A DNA stretch of 64,000 nt from Polynucleobacter sp. (lineage in GTDB: Bacteria; Pseudomonadota; Gammaproteobacteria; Burkholderiales; Burkholderiaceae): the NCBI GenBank assembly GCA_964203375.1, contig CAXNLN010000004.1, positions 90,479 through 154,478 on the forward strand, given 5' to 3'. Positions 22,966-34,251 of this stretch are shown here, piece after piece (the first letter of the stretch is position 1; every line of letters starts with the position of its first letter). The position numbers were made by a program, and so were the translations under genes. The notes under the pieces are model-generated. The model saw only the letters and a program-made list of their open reading frames with translations, made no database searches and was not told where the DNA came from.

Positions 22966-23841
22966 TTAATCTGATTTGTGGATAGCTGTAGTTTCCCCAC
23001 CAATTCGGCGTCCTCTAGCCCTCTCCCACAGCCAGAGTACATAGCCCGATAAGGCGTACACCACAAACACACCAAATAAGGTCAGGGGTGGATTGGTAGA
23101 GATCAAGACAAATCCCAAAATCAGCAAAACCATGACCCAAAATGGAACACGGTAACGAACATCCAGTGCCTTGCCACTATAAAAACGCGCATTGGATACC
23201 ATGGTTAGGCCTGCATAGATGGTAATAAAAAAAGTGACGATTGGAATTGCAGAATCCTTAACCGGAATCTTATTATCATCAGCTAACCAAATAAAACCTG
23301 CAATTAAGGCAGCGGCGGCTGGGCTGGGAAGACCCTGAAAAAATTTCTTATCGACCACCCCGATGTTGGCATTAAAGCGAGCTAAACGTAGAGCAGCGCC
23401 TGCACAATACGTAAAGGCAGCCAACCAGCCCCACTTCCCAAGATCCTTTAAGACCCACTCATAGGCAACAAGTGCAGGGGCCACACCAAAGGAGACCATA
23501 TCAGCTAGTGAGTCATATTGTTCACCAAAAGCACTTTGGGTATTGGTCATGCGAGCAATACGACCATCCATACCATCCAAGACCAATGCAGCAAAAATAG
23601 CAATGGCAGCAACTTCAAAACGGTGATTCATGGCATTGACGATGGCAAAGAATCCGCAGAACAAGGCGGCGGTCGTAAATGCATTGGGAAGCAAATAAAT
23701 ACTTTTGTTACGGGGCCGAATAGGGGCAGCAACCAAATCCTCATCAAGCGATTCGTCATGACCATCCCAGTCTTGGCGTTGTACGTTTCTATTCCTCAGA
23801 AATCGGAGACGATCTTGGCGGAATTTACGGCGTGGCAACAT
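22966..23841 (-). CDS. pssA: CDP-diacylglycerol--serine O-phosphatidyltransferase
   Basis: DGMDGRIAR...FGEQYDSLADMVSFG CDP-alcohol phosphotransferase motif. Confidence 0.93.
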   Translation of the reverse strand: MLPRRKFRQDRLRFLRNRNVQRQDWDGHDESLDEDLVAAPIRPRNKSIYLLPNAFTTAALFCGFFAIVNAMNHRFEVAAIAIFAALVLDGMDGRIARMTNTQSAFGEQYDSLADMVSFGVAPALVAYEWVLKDLGKWGWLAAFTYCAGAALRLARFNANIGVVDKKFFQGLPSPAAAALIAGFIWLADDNKIPVKDSAIPIVTFFITIYAGLTMVSNARFYSGKALDVRYRVPFWVMVLLILGFVLISTNPPLTLFGVFVVYALSGYVLWLWERARGRRIGGETTAIHKSD

Positions 23842-23844
23842 GTA

Positions 23845-24492
23845 TCAATCTAATCCTGGTAGACGCGCTAATGCAGTATTCGTTGCAAATACTTTTTCAC
23901 CAATACTAACCAAAGGTTCTGCATCTAGAGGTAAATAAACATCCACCCGTGAGCCAAACCGAATAAAACCATAACGCTCTCCCCGCTTCACCTGATCATT
24001 ACTGTGGATATAACAAAGAATACGGCGCGCTACTAAACCGGCAATCTGCACTAACGTAACGACCTTGCCATTCGCATCGATTACTACTGCATTACGCTCA
24101 TTCTCAGTCGAAGCCTTATCAATGCTGGCATTAAAAAACTTTCCGGGGAAATAGGTCACTTGTTTAACCAATCCATTCACAGCAGAGCGGTTGGAATGCA
24201 CATTAAATACATTCATAAAAACACTGATTTTTAATGCCTCACGATTTGCATAGGGATCATGTGATTTCTCAACGACCACGATCCTGCCATCGGCTGGTGA
24301 CAAGACAAGGTCCCTACCAAGCGGGGCGATGCGCTGGGGGTCACGAAAGAACTGGAGAGTGAAAACAAAAAATAACCATAGAGGCCAAGACCAAAAGAAA
24401 CCGCCAATGCGATGCACGACAAAGGCAAGCACCCCGATCACTACCAAATACAACCATCCCTCTTTAGCGATGATGGGGTGTGGATACATCAT
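23845..24492 (-). CDS. psd: Phosphatidylserine decarboxylase proenzyme
   Basis: [18 protein letters not shown] and RFGSRVD self-cleavage motifs. Confidence 0.93.
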   Translation of the reverse strand: MMYPHPIIAKEGWLYLVVIGVLAFVVHRIGGFFWSWPLWLFFVFTLQFFRDPQRIAPLGRDLVLSPADGRIVVVEKSHDPYANREALKISVFMNVFNVHSNRSAVNGLVKQVTYFPGKFFNASIDKASTENERNAVVIDANGKVVTLVQIAGLVARRILCYIHSNDQVKRGERYGFIRFGSRVDVYLPLDAEPLVSIGEKVFATNTALARLPGLD

Positions 24493-24514
24493 AAATTGAT
24501 CTACTTTCTATGAA

Positions 24515-25540
<1,026 letters not shown>

Positions 25541-25565
25541 TTAATTAAACGAAGAATGATTGAAA

Positions 25566-26057
25566 TTAAACCTTGAGAATCCGTTCACCACGGCCAATAC
25601 CAGAACCGCCTGAACGTACAGTCTCAAGAATGGATGCACGATCAATGGCGCTGATAAATGCATCAAGCTTACTACCTACACCCGTTAGCTCAATGGTGTA
25701 ACTTTTATCGGTCACATCAATAATGCGGCCTCTAAAAATATCAGCTGTCCGCTTGAGCTCTTCTCGTTCCTTACCAACCGCACGTACTTTAATCATCATG
25801 AGCTCACGCTCTAAATGCGCACCCTCGGTTAAATCAAATACCTTGACGACCTCAACTAAGCGATTTAGATGTTTCGTGATTTGCTCGATGACATCATCCG
25901 AGCCAATGGTCACTATGGTCATGCGCGATAGCGAGGGATCCTCAGTAGGCGCAACGCTAAGAGTCTCAATGTTGTAACCGCGCGCTGAGAAAAGACCAAC
26001 CACTCGTGATAAAGCACCAGGTTCATTCTCTAGCAAGACAGAAATAATGTGGCGCAT
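25566..26057 (-). CDS. ilvH: Acetolactate synthase small subunit
   Basis: ENEPGALSRVVGLFSARGYNIE ACT domain. Confidence 0.95.
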   Translation of the reverse strand: MRHIISVLLENEPGALSRVVGLFSARGYNIETLSVAPTEDPSLSRMTIVTIGSDDVIEQITKHLNRLVEVVKVFDLTEGAHLERELMMIKVRAVGKEREELKRTADIFRGRIIDVTDKSYTIELTGVGSKLDAFISAIDRASILETVRSGGSGIGRGERILKV

Positions 26058-27856
26058 TACAAATCCTCACTTCCCAGCAACATCTCGCTAATGCCCTTAC
26101 CAGCTTGCACCATTGGCCAAACGTTTTCTTCTGGATCGATCTGGAAATCCATAAATACGGTTCTATCTTTGAGCTTGAATGCCTCTTTGAGGGCAGGCTC
26201 CACATCGGCTTTCGTTTCAATTCGCATACCGACATGTCCATAAGCCTCTGCTAGCTTCACGAAATCTGGCAAGGAGTCCATATACGAGCTGGAATAGCGC
26301 TTGCTGTAGGTGAGCTCTTGCCACTGACGTACCATCCCCAAATACCGATTGTTCAGAGAAACAATCTTGATCGGAGTGTTGTATTGCGTAAGCGTAGAGA
26401 GTTCTTGAATACACATCTGAATAGAGCCCTCACCGGTCACGGTGACCACCTCTTTATCAGGAAAGGCTTTCTTAATCCCCATGGCATAGGGCAAGCCAAC
26501 GCCCATGGTGCCAAGTCCACCAGAGTTAATCCAGCGCCGGGGTTCATCAAACTTATAAAACTGAGCAGCCCACATTTGATGTTGACCTACATCAGAACAA
26601 ATATAGGCATCACCCTTGGTTAACTCCCAAAGTTTTTGAACGACATACTGTGGCTTCACAATTTGCGATTTGGTATCGTACTTCAAACAATCTTTTGTTT
26701 GCCATAGCGCAATCTGATCCCACCAGGCTTTAACCTTAGCTTGATTTTTACGAGCAGGCGCACTCCGAATCTGTGCAGACATGTCTACCAAGATCTCTTT
26801 GAGATCGCCAACAATTGGAACGTCCACCTTGACTCGCTTGGAGATCACGGACGGATCGATATCAATATGAATAATCTTGCGCGGGTGGCTTGCAAAGTGC
26901 GCTGGATTACCAATTACACGATCATCAAATCGTGCGCCAATCGCAATTAATACATCGCAATGCTGCATGGCCATGTTGGCCTCGTAGGTGCCATGCATGC
27001 CAAGCATGCCAATAAACTGCTGATGGGTTCCAGGGAAACCACCCAAACCCATCAAGGTATTGGTTACTGGATAGCCCAAAAGTTCTGCAAACTCTTTTAA
27101 CTGCAGAGCAGCGTCCGCCATGATGATGCCACCGCCGGTATAAATATAGGGGCGCTCTGCCTCTTGTAATAAAGAGACGGCTTTACGAATTTGTCCACTA
27201 TGACCCTTAACCACTGGATTATATGAACGCATATTTAAAGTATCCGGGTAAACAAATGGGCCTTTAGTTGCCGATATATCCTTTGGAATATCGACCAAAA
27301 CGGGGCCAGGTCGGCCGGTACGTGCGATATGAAATGCCTTTTTCAAGGTTAAGGCAAGATCTTTAATATCTTTGACTAAAAAATTGTGTTTGACGATCGG
27401 ACGTGTAATACCAACCGTGTCTGCTTCTTGGAAAGCATCTTCCCCAATCGCATACGTTGGTACGTTACCGGTAATGATGACCATTGGGATCGAATCGGTG
27501 TAAGCAGTGGCAATACCTGTCACCGCATTGGTCACGCCTGGGCCAGAAGTAACCAACGCAACTCCAACCTTCCCGGTAGCGCGAGCATAACCATCGGCAG
27601 CATGCACAGCGGCTTGCTCATGACGAACTAAGATGTGTTCAAACTTATCTTGCTTGAAGATCTCATCGTAAATAAAGAGTACAGCCCCGCCGGGATAACC
27701 CCACACATATTCAACACCTTCGGCATGGAGAGCATGCACGAGCATCTCAGCACCAATCATTTCTGGTCCGGAGGCAGGCATATTATTTTCTGAAATTACC
27801 CCACTTGGGGTTTGACCAGCTTTATTCGCTAAAAACTCAGCACTTGTTGTATTCAT
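26057..27856 (-). CDS. ilvI: Acetolactate synthase large subunit
   Basis: RHEQAAVHAADGYAR, DVGQHQMWAAQ and GEGSIQM ThDP motifs. Confidence 0.95.
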   Translation of the reverse strand: MNTTSAEFLANKAGQTPSGVISENNMPASGPEMIGAEMLVHALHAEGVEYVWGYPGGAVLFIYDEIFKQDKFEHILVRHEQAAVHAADGYARATGKVGVALVTSGPGVTNAVTGIATAYTDSIPMVIITGNVPTYAIGEDAFQEADTVGITRPIVKHNFLVKDIKDLALTLKKAFHIARTGRPGPVLVDIPKDISATKGPFVYPDTLNMRSYNPVVKGHSGQIRKAVSLLQEAERPYIYTGGGIIMADAALQLKEFAELLGYPVTNTLMGLGGFPGTHQQFIGMLGMHGTYEANMAMQHCDVLIAIGARFDDRVIGNPAHFASHPRKIIHIDIDPSVISKRVKVDVPIVGDLKEILVDMSAQIRSAPARKNQAKVKAWWDQIALWQTKDCLKYDTKSQIVKPQYVVQKLWELTKGDAYICSDVGQHQMWAAQFYKFDEPRRWINSGGLGTMGVGLPYAMGIKKAFPDKEVVTVTGEGSIQMCIQELSTLTQYNTPIKIVSLNNRYLGMVRQWQELTYSKRYSSSYMDSLPDFVKLAEAYGHVGMRIETKADVEPALKEAFKLKDRTVFMDFQIDPEENVWPMVQAGKGISEMLLGSEDL

Positions 27857-28099
27857 TTTTCCTTTTCCTTTGCAATTTTCGGCAAAAAATTGTTTAGGCT
27901 GTTCTGTCCCTTACTTATGGTCCGGGTTCGAACGGCACCGCCGCGCAGAAAATTAAAGCCACTTCATGGATGGTTTCTTTGCGGTAAGCCTTATATTGTA
28001 AAGCAATAGCCTAGAATGAGCGAGCTAAGCCCTTAATTCAGATCGATTTATAAGCGAATTTGTTCCCAATCAACCTATTTTGCAAGCCCCCGATTTAGT

Positions 28100-28669
28100 A
28101 TGGCGTCCGCCCACGAACTGAACCTATTCCTAGCCGGCATTGAGAAAAAAGCCTTTAAACAGGCTGTTTATGCCGTTCGCGATGATGCTAGCGCCCTAGA
28201 TATTGTTCAAGATGCCATGATTAGCCTGACTGAAAAATATGGTGATCGCCCTGCGAGCGAACTTCCTCTCATCTTTACCCGGATTCTACAAAACCGTATT
28301 CACGATTGGTTTAGACGTCAAAAGGTCCGAAATGCCTATGAGACCTCTTTCTCCTCGCTTGGCTCTGGTCAGGACGGCGAGGATGGCTTTGACCCCTTAG
28401 AGCTGCTTGAAATCAGGGACGAGGCCCAAATGCCCCAAACCGGGGAGGAAAAGCTCGTGCAAAGTCAATTGTTGGTTATCCTGGAGGCTGAAATAACAAA
28501 ATTACCAATTCGTCAACGAGAAGCCTTCCTCATGCGTTATTGGGATGAGCTCAGTACGGCCGAGACTGCTCTTGCCATGGGATGCAGCGAGGGAAGCGTG
28601 AAAACCCATTGTTCCCGAGCCACCCATACCTTGGCCGCTGCCTTAAAAGCCAAAGGAATTGTGTTGTGA
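28100..28669 (+). CDS. ECF RNA polymerase sigma factor
   Basis: DIVQDAM region 2 and LPIRQREAFLMRYWDELSTAETALAMGCSEGSVKTHCSRA region 4. Confidence 0.9.
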   Translation: MASAHELNLFLAGIEKKAFKQAVYAVRDDASALDIVQDAMISLTEKYGDRPASELPLIFTRILQNRIHDWFRRQKVRNAYETSFSSLGSGQDGEDGFDPLELLEIRDEAQMPQTGEEKLVQSQLLVILEAEITKLPIRQREAFLMRYWDELSTAETALAMGCSEGSVKTHCSRATHTLAAALKAKGIVL

Positions 28670-29142
28670 ATACGAAAGTAAACCATCAAATGCATACCCC
28701 GTCCATTGAGGATCAGTTTGGTAAACGTGTTGCCAATCTTCTAGATGCGCAAAGCCAGCAGCTTGATAGCAATCTTCAAGATCGTTTGTTGCAATCACGA
28801 ACTCTAGCAATGAGTCGTGTTAAGCCAGAGCCTAATTTCATTCTGGACCGACAAATGGCTGGCGCTGGCCATCAGTTCAATGCGCCGCGCTTTGGCAATC
28901 CTATGTGGTCATTTGCCACATGGCTTATTCCCTTTGCTGTTGTCGTGCTAGGCCTTATCGCCATTGTTGAATGGCAAGAAGATCTTCGCATCAAAGATAT
29001 TGCCACCGTTGATATTGCACTGTTAACCGACGATGTTCCTCCGAGTGCATTTGCAGATAACGGGTATATGGCCTATTTAAAAATGAAGACCCTTGCTAAG
29101 CCAGAGCCAGAAGAGCAAAAAGCGGAAGACGACAAGATTTAG
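28666..29142 (+). CDS. DUF3619-like protein, putative anti-sigma with one transmembrane helix
   Basis: GTG start overlaps the sigma stop (GTGA); RL..R..A motif, a TM helix and the DIALLTDDVPPSAFADNG motif. Confidence 0.7.
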   Translation: MNTKVNHQMHTPSIEDQFGKRVANLLDAQSQQLDSNLQDRLLQSRTLAMSRVKPEPNFILDRQMAGAGHQFNAPRFGNPMWSFATWLIPFAVVVLGLIAIVEWQEDLRIKDIATVDIALLTDDVPPSAFADNGYMAYLKMKTLAKPEPEEQKAEDDKI

Positions 29143-29144
29143 CG

Positions 29145-29690
29145 ATGAATAAAGCAGCGTTCTCATTCAGTATTTTTGCTTTACTAATCTGCGTTTTACC
29201 CACTTCTGCTTTCTCGCAAGAACCTGTTACTAAGCTCCCATCTAAAGAGTCTCAACCAAGTAAGCAGACATCCAAATTGGATTGGAAAAATTTAAGCCCG
29301 CTCCAGCAAGCTGTTCTCGCTTCTTTAGAATCCGACTGGCCTACCTTTAGTCAAAGTAGAAAAATAAAGTGGTTGAAGGTAGCAAATCGCTACCCCACCA
29401 TGAGCGCAGCCGATCAAGAGCGTCTTCAAGGGCGTATGTCGGAATGGTCAAAACTGCCTCAAAAAGATCGGCGGATGGCGCGTGATAATTATTTATCTAG
29501 TATGCAATTCCCGCCAGAGCAAAAAAAGGCAGCTTGGGAGTCTTATCAGCAGCTAAGCGAAGAAGAAAAACAAAAATTAGCTAAGCAAGAGCGTGCCCAG
29601 AAAAAAAGCGGAGCGGTTACCTCGCCCACAATACAACCGCGTCCAGTACTTAATAGCGGCAACCCCTCATCAAATCCTGCAATCAAATAA
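29145..29690 (+). CDS. DUF3106-like exported protein
   Basis: Signal peptide followed by repeated W..LSP.Q/W..L..E units. Confidence 0.75.
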   Translation: MNKAAFSFSIFALLICVLPTSAFSQEPVTKLPSKESQPSKQTSKLDWKNLSPLQQAVLASLESDWPTFSQSRKIKWLKVANRYPTMSAADQERLQGRMSEWSKLPQKDRRMARDNYLSSMQFPPEQKKAAWESYQQLSEEEKQKLAKQERAQKKSGAVTSPTIQPRPVLNSGNPSSNPAIK

Positions 29691-29699
29691 ACTGGGGGT

Positions 29700-30227
29700 A
29701 TGAACCCTAGCGAACTTAATGCATTGCCCTCGCCTCGATTTTGGCGTAGGGTCTCTTGTAATCTCTACGAGCAATTAATACTTTTAGGGGTTCTTGCCCT
29801 TACCTTCCTAGTACCAAACCTGATTATTGGCATTGTTTTTGGGATGGCAATACCAAGTTGGCTAACCTTTTTTTATCTCTATGGGGTGCTAGCTCTCTAC
29901 TTCACTTGGTATTGGCGCCGCAATGGGCAAACTCTTGCAATGCAAACGTGGCGCATACAACTCATCACAGAGGATGGCTATCGTCCCGAAAAAAAACAGG
30001 CTTTCTGGCGTTATGTCTATGGTTCACTTTGGATAGTGCCCTGCTTAGTTATTCATGCTGCCTATCCATTACGAGGATGGCAAATCATTGGCGTATTGTT
30101 CGTAGTGTCTCTCTTTTTATGGCCACTAACCATTTACATCGATCGCAAAAATCGCCAAGGGTTGCCAGACCGAATAGCCGGAACAAAGTTAGTTGAACTG
30201 CCAAGACATCCTAACAAAGAGAGCTAA
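29700..30227 (+). CDS. RDD family membrane protein
   Basis: FWRRV, GQTLAMQTWR and LPDRIAGT motifs. Confidence 0.85.
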   Translation: MNPSELNALPSPRFWRRVSCNLYEQLILLGVLALTFLVPNLIIGIVFGMAIPSWLTFFYLYGVLALYFTWYWRRNGQTLAMQTWRIQLITEDGYRPEKKQAFWRYVYGSLWIVPCLVIHAAYPLRGWQIIGVLFVVSLFLWPLTIYIDRKNRQGLPDRIAGTKLVELPRHPNKES

Positions 30228-30238
30228 CTAAAGTCTGA

Positions 30239-32746
30239 TTACGCTGCGCGCAAACAATCCATCGTGCTAGCACTTTGTATTTTGCGATGTAACTGAGCGC
30301 CGGCAATCAGACTAACAAGCAGCCCAATCAACATTCCCAGAGCAATCGCACTCGCAAACGAGTAAAACTCGATTTCGAGGAGGTAGCGTCCTAAAGCCCA
30401 TGTGCTCACACTCGCTGCAAGGCCCCCAAGAAGTCCTGACAGCAAACCAATGGTTGCAAGTTCCATAAATACTAATTGCCTCAAAGTTTTTTTGGAGGTG
30501 CCCATTGCTTTTAATAAAGCAGCATCTCGAAACCGATCATCCTGAGTTGAGCCCAGAACTGCAAATAGAACCAAAACGGCAGCACAAAGGGTAAAAGCTA
30601 GTAACAAGCCAAGTGCATTTGCTAAGCGATTTAAGACCTCTTGAATTTGCCGCAAAGAATTATCAATATCAACAATCGTTAGATTTGGATACCGCTGCGC
30701 TAATTGAATATCCAAGGAGTCTAAATTTTTTGCTTGGTGATAGGATGTAATCCAGGATTGAGGAAAACTCTTTAAGGCCTCTGGTGGAAAAATGACAAAG
30801 AAATTAACCTGCATGGATCCCCAATCCAATTTACGCATTGATGTGATGGGGGCTGTAATCGTTTGTCCAGCAATATCAAAGCTCATTTGATCGCCCAAGC
30901 TTAGTCCCAAGGTTTTAGCAATCCCGCTTTCGATTGAAATCTGCGGTTTGCCATCATCACCAAACCATCGCCCTGATACCAATTGATTATCTTCAGGAAA
31001 AATAGACGTATACGATAAATTAAACTCCCGATCAACTAAGCGCTTGGCATTATCAGATTGATACTGATCGGGCATGACCTCACGCCCATTAATTTGCGTG
31101 AGTCTACCTCGTACCATGGGATACAACTGCACCTGACCTACCCCGCCGCTATCTAGCATCTGCCGCACCGCTTGTCTCTGATCGTTTTGAATATTAATAA
31201 GAAACCGATTGGGCGCATCGACCGGCACATTGGCTTGCCAGCTCTGTAATAAATCTTGTCGTAGCAGAAAGATCAAAAGTAGCGCCATGATTGCCAGCGC
31301 CAGCGAGCTCACCTGAATCATTGCAAAGGCAGCCCGCCGCGACTGTGCGCTAATGGCAAAACGAAGTGCAAAGCCAATATTAGCTAACTGGTTAGATTGC
31401 GCAAATCGACTTAGGCTCCAAAGACCCGCGTACGCTAAGGCCGCAAAGAGGATTGCTCCAGCACCAAAACAGATGGTGACCCACAGCAGCAACTTCCAAT
31501 CACGCGTCGCCCAAAAGATTAATGCCAAGCAACTGATGAAGCCAAAAACAGCCATCGAACGAGCTGTAAACGGCACCTTACCGAACTCGCGTCGCACTAA
31601 ACGCAACGGTGATATCTGACTTAAGGTGAGCATGGGCGGTCCTGCAAAACCCATCAACAGTAAAAGTGCAAAAATAATGCTCCAGACCATAGGCCAAATG
31701 GATGGCGCTGGAAGATTGCCCCGAATTAAGCTTCCAAGTAATTGCATCAAACTTTCTTGAGCAAACCAACCGATCGCCGCTCCTAAAAAGCTAGCTGCCA
31801 GTCCAATAATAGCGAGTAGATAGAGCTGTCTGCGCAAAATCATGCCTTGACTGGCACCAAAGCATTTCCAGACCGCACTGATATCTGCTTGTTTTAATAC
31901 ATATCGACGCGCCGCCAACGCAATTGCAAGGGCACAAATGAGAGCGGTCATCAAAGCAACAATCGATAAAAATCGTTCAGCGCGTTCTAAGGTCTTACGC
32001 ATCACCGGTTGTGCGTTCTCTAAAGACTCTATACGCAGACCTCGCAGTTTTTGCTGTTCGATGAAGCGGGTGGCCCAGTTTTCATACGACTTTATTTGGG
32101 CATCACTTCCAGAAAGTAATAGCCGATAGGTAACTCGGCTTCCAAAGCCGATTAGACCCGTGCTTGCTAAATCATCTAAAGAAATCATTACACGGGGCGC
32201 AAAGTTCATAAACGCGGCCCCGCGATCGAGCTCACGAACAATCACAGCATCAATCTGAAATTGACGATCCCCGATGGTTAGACGATCCCCAATCTTAGCC
32301 TGCAGAGAAATTAATACAGCGGGGTCTACCCAAACCATATTTTTGGGTGGCATCCCAGTGACCTCAAGCACAGAATAATTTTTGTCATTACTGCGTACAT
32401 CTTGACGACTGATTTGCAGCTTGCCGCGCAGTGGATATGCATTACTAACCGCCTTGAGCGAACTTAATTTACTTTCGCTACCATGGCTCACCATACTAGG
32501 AAACACGATGGTTTGTGCTATTCCTAATTTCTTTGCATTTGCTTCCTCAATGAGTTGAGTGGCAATGGGCTGATCTGCAGCTATCAACAAATCAGAGGCT
32601 AATAAAGTACGCCCATCGATCTCAAAACTACGTTGTAAACGGTCGGCCAGAAAGCTGACGCTAGATAATGCGGCAACCGATAAAACGAGGGCTATGAAAA
32701 GCCAAAGGAGTTCTTTTGCGCGCAGCTCTTTAGTGAACCTGAGCAT
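30239..32746 (-). CDS. FtsX-like ABC transporter permease (YbbP-type)
   Basis: Two permease modules; APNRFLINIQ, REFNLSY and RKLDWGSMQVNFF motifs. Confidence 0.85.
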   Translation of the reverse strand: MLRFTKELRAKELLWLFIALVLSVAALSSVSFLADRLQRSFEIDGRTLLASDLLIAADQPIATQLIEEANAKKLGIAQTIVFPSMVSHGSESKLSSLKAVSNAYPLRGKLQISRQDVRSNDKNYSVLEVTGMPPKNMVWVDPAVLISLQAKIGDRLTIGDRQFQIDAVIVRELDRGAAFMNFAPRVMISLDDLASTGLIGFGSRVTYRLLLSGSDAQIKSYENWATRFIEQQKLRGLRIESLENAQPVMRKTLERAERFLSIVALMTALICALAIALAARRYVLKQADISAVWKCFGASQGMILRRQLYLLAIIGLAASFLGAAIGWFAQESLMQLLGSLIRGNLPAPSIWPMVWSIIFALLLLMGFAGPPMLTLSQISPLRLVRREFGKVPFTARSMAVFGFISCLALIFWATRDWKLLLWVTICFGAGAILFAALAYAGLWSLSRFAQSNQLANIGFALRFAISAQSRRAAFAMIQVSSLALAIMALLLIFLLRQDLLQSWQANVPVDAPNRFLINIQNDQRQAVRQMLDSGGVGQVQLYPMVRGRLTQINGREVMPDQYQSDNAKRLVDREFNLSYTSIFPEDNQLVSGRWFGDDGKPQISIESGIAKTLGLSLGDQMSFDIAGQTITAPITSMRKLDWGSMQVNFFVIFPPEALKSFPQSWITSYHQAKNLDSLDIQLAQRYPNLTIVDIDNSLRQIQEVLNRLANALGLLLAFTLCAAVLVLFAVLGSTQDDRFRDAALLKAMGTSKKTLRQLVFMELATIGLLSGLLGGLAASVSTWALGRYLLEIEFYSFASAIALGMLIGLLVSLIAGAQLHRKIQSASTMDCLRAA

Positions 32747-32751
32747 AGTGA

Positions 32752-33537
32752 TTAAATACTCGGCACTTGGCCGCCATCAATACGGATAACCGATCCAGTG
32801 ATATAGGACGCGTTAGCACTTGCCAAGAACGCGACCGTATCGCCGTACTCCTTAGGATCACCATAACGTCCCATGGGAATAGTTTTAAGACTTGCGTTCA
32901 CGACCTGTTCATAGCTAATGTTCTCGCGCTTCGCACGTGCCTCATCCAATTGACGTAATCGATCGGTTGCAACTCGGCCTGGCATCACGACATTAACAGT
33001 AACCCCCTCTGCAGCTACCTCAGCCGCCAAGGTCTTTGACCATGCCAATAATGCAGCGCGCAGAGTGTTAGAGATTGCTAAATTTTTGATTGGCACAATT
33101 GCACCTGAGGTCGTGCTGGTAATTACTCTACCCCACTTGCGTTCACGCATACCTGGTAATACTCGGTCCGTGATGGCCATCAGGGATAGGACCATCTCAT
33201 TAAAACTTTTTTGCCATAACTGTGGATCCTGCCCAGTAGCAGATGTAGGGGGCGGGCCACCAGTATTGTTAATCAAGATATCAATGGGCCCCAACTGGGA
33301 CTCAACTTGTTGAATATGGTTATCCACAGAATCAAGATTTGCTAAATCCCAATTTAAGGCTAAGGCTTTTCCACCCACAGACTCGATCATCTGCACAGTC
33401 TGCTGGAGACCTTCGGCATTGCGACCGGTTACTGCGACCTTCACTCCTTCGCGTGCCAAGGCAACCGCCATGGCTTGCCCTAGTCCTCGACTTGATGCAA
33501 GAACCAGTGCTGTTTTTCCCTTTAAGCCTAAATCCAT
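32752..33537 (-). CDS. Short-chain dehydrogenase/reductase (atypical 3-oxoacyl-ACP-reductase-like subgroup)
   Basis: LASSRGLG Rossmann motif, NNTGGPP, SNTLR in place of YxxxK, and RYGDPKE. Confidence 0.85.
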   Translation of the reverse strand: MDLGLKGKTALVLASSRGLGQAMAVALAREGVKVAVTGRNAEGLQQTVQMIESVGGKALALNWDLANLDSVDNHIQQVESQLGPIDILINNTGGPPPTSATGQDPQLWQKSFNEMVLSLMAITDRVLPGMRERKWGRVITSTTSGAIVPIKNLAISNTLRAALLAWSKTLAAEVAAEGVTVNVVMPGRVATDRLRQLDEARAKRENISYEQVVNASLKTIPMGRYGDPKEYGDTVAFLASANASYITGSVIRIDGGQVPSI

Positions 33538-33588
33538 TTCGTCTCCTTGGGTAATTTTTTAATTAATTTACTCATTGATTAAATTTGT

Positions 33589-34251
33589 TTATTTTGAAAG
33601 TAATTTTTGCTGCCCCAGCGGCTTGGGTAAGTTTCTAGTACCCATGTATAAATCTTGTTCAAAAGCTTGCAAAATACGTGCTGTAGCCTGTTCTAGACCC
33701 TTGGCCAATGAGTCCGGACGATTATCGTTCAAAGCGACCCGTTGCGTGTACCGATGCGTCATCAAAAAAGGATTTTGTGACCCCGATGAAAGCATCGCTA
33801 AGTAAAACTCCATACTAACTACCGCCTCACCTTGTGAGCGGTAATCACCATAGAATTCCGTCACATTTACTTGCAAGGTGTAGTAAGGAAAGAAGGTATT
33901 ACTCTGATTGAGGGTAGCCCTGAATATAGTGGCATCTGCAAGCCATTGGCGTGTTGCATTGCCAATCATTTCTGCAGGGGTCGATATATAGCCATTATAA
34001 AAATCTTTTTCATAACGCTGATCCGATAGTCGATAAACCATCGACTTACTATCAAACGGGCCATTAACAGAGACCGCTCCCATCTTGAGCCAAAAGTCAG
34101 AGTTAGCTTTACGAGTTTCGCCCACGCGTTTTGGGGCAATTAACCAAGTCGTTGAATCTACATTAGGCTTGGTAGGCGCGCACGCGCTTACAACAGCACA
34201 AATCAGAAGTACGCTACCAAGATACGAAAATAGTTTAATTAAACTCTTCAT
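33589..34251 (-). CDS. ABC-type transport auxiliary lipoprotein (PqiC-like)
   Basis: Lipobox VSAC, MVYRLSD..Y..D.Y motif; last gene of the MCE operon. Confidence 0.75.
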   Translation of the reverse strand: MKSLIKLFSYLGSVLLICAVVSACAPTKPNVDSTTWLIAPKRVGETRKANSDFWLKMGAVSVNGPFDSKSMVYRLSDQRYEKDFYNGYISTPAEMIGNATRQWLADATIFRATLNQSNTFFPYYTLQVNVTEFYGDYRSQGEAVVSMEFYLAMLSSGSQNPFLMTHRYTQRVALNDNRPDSLAKGLEQATARILQAFEQDLYMGTRNLPKPLGQQKLLSK

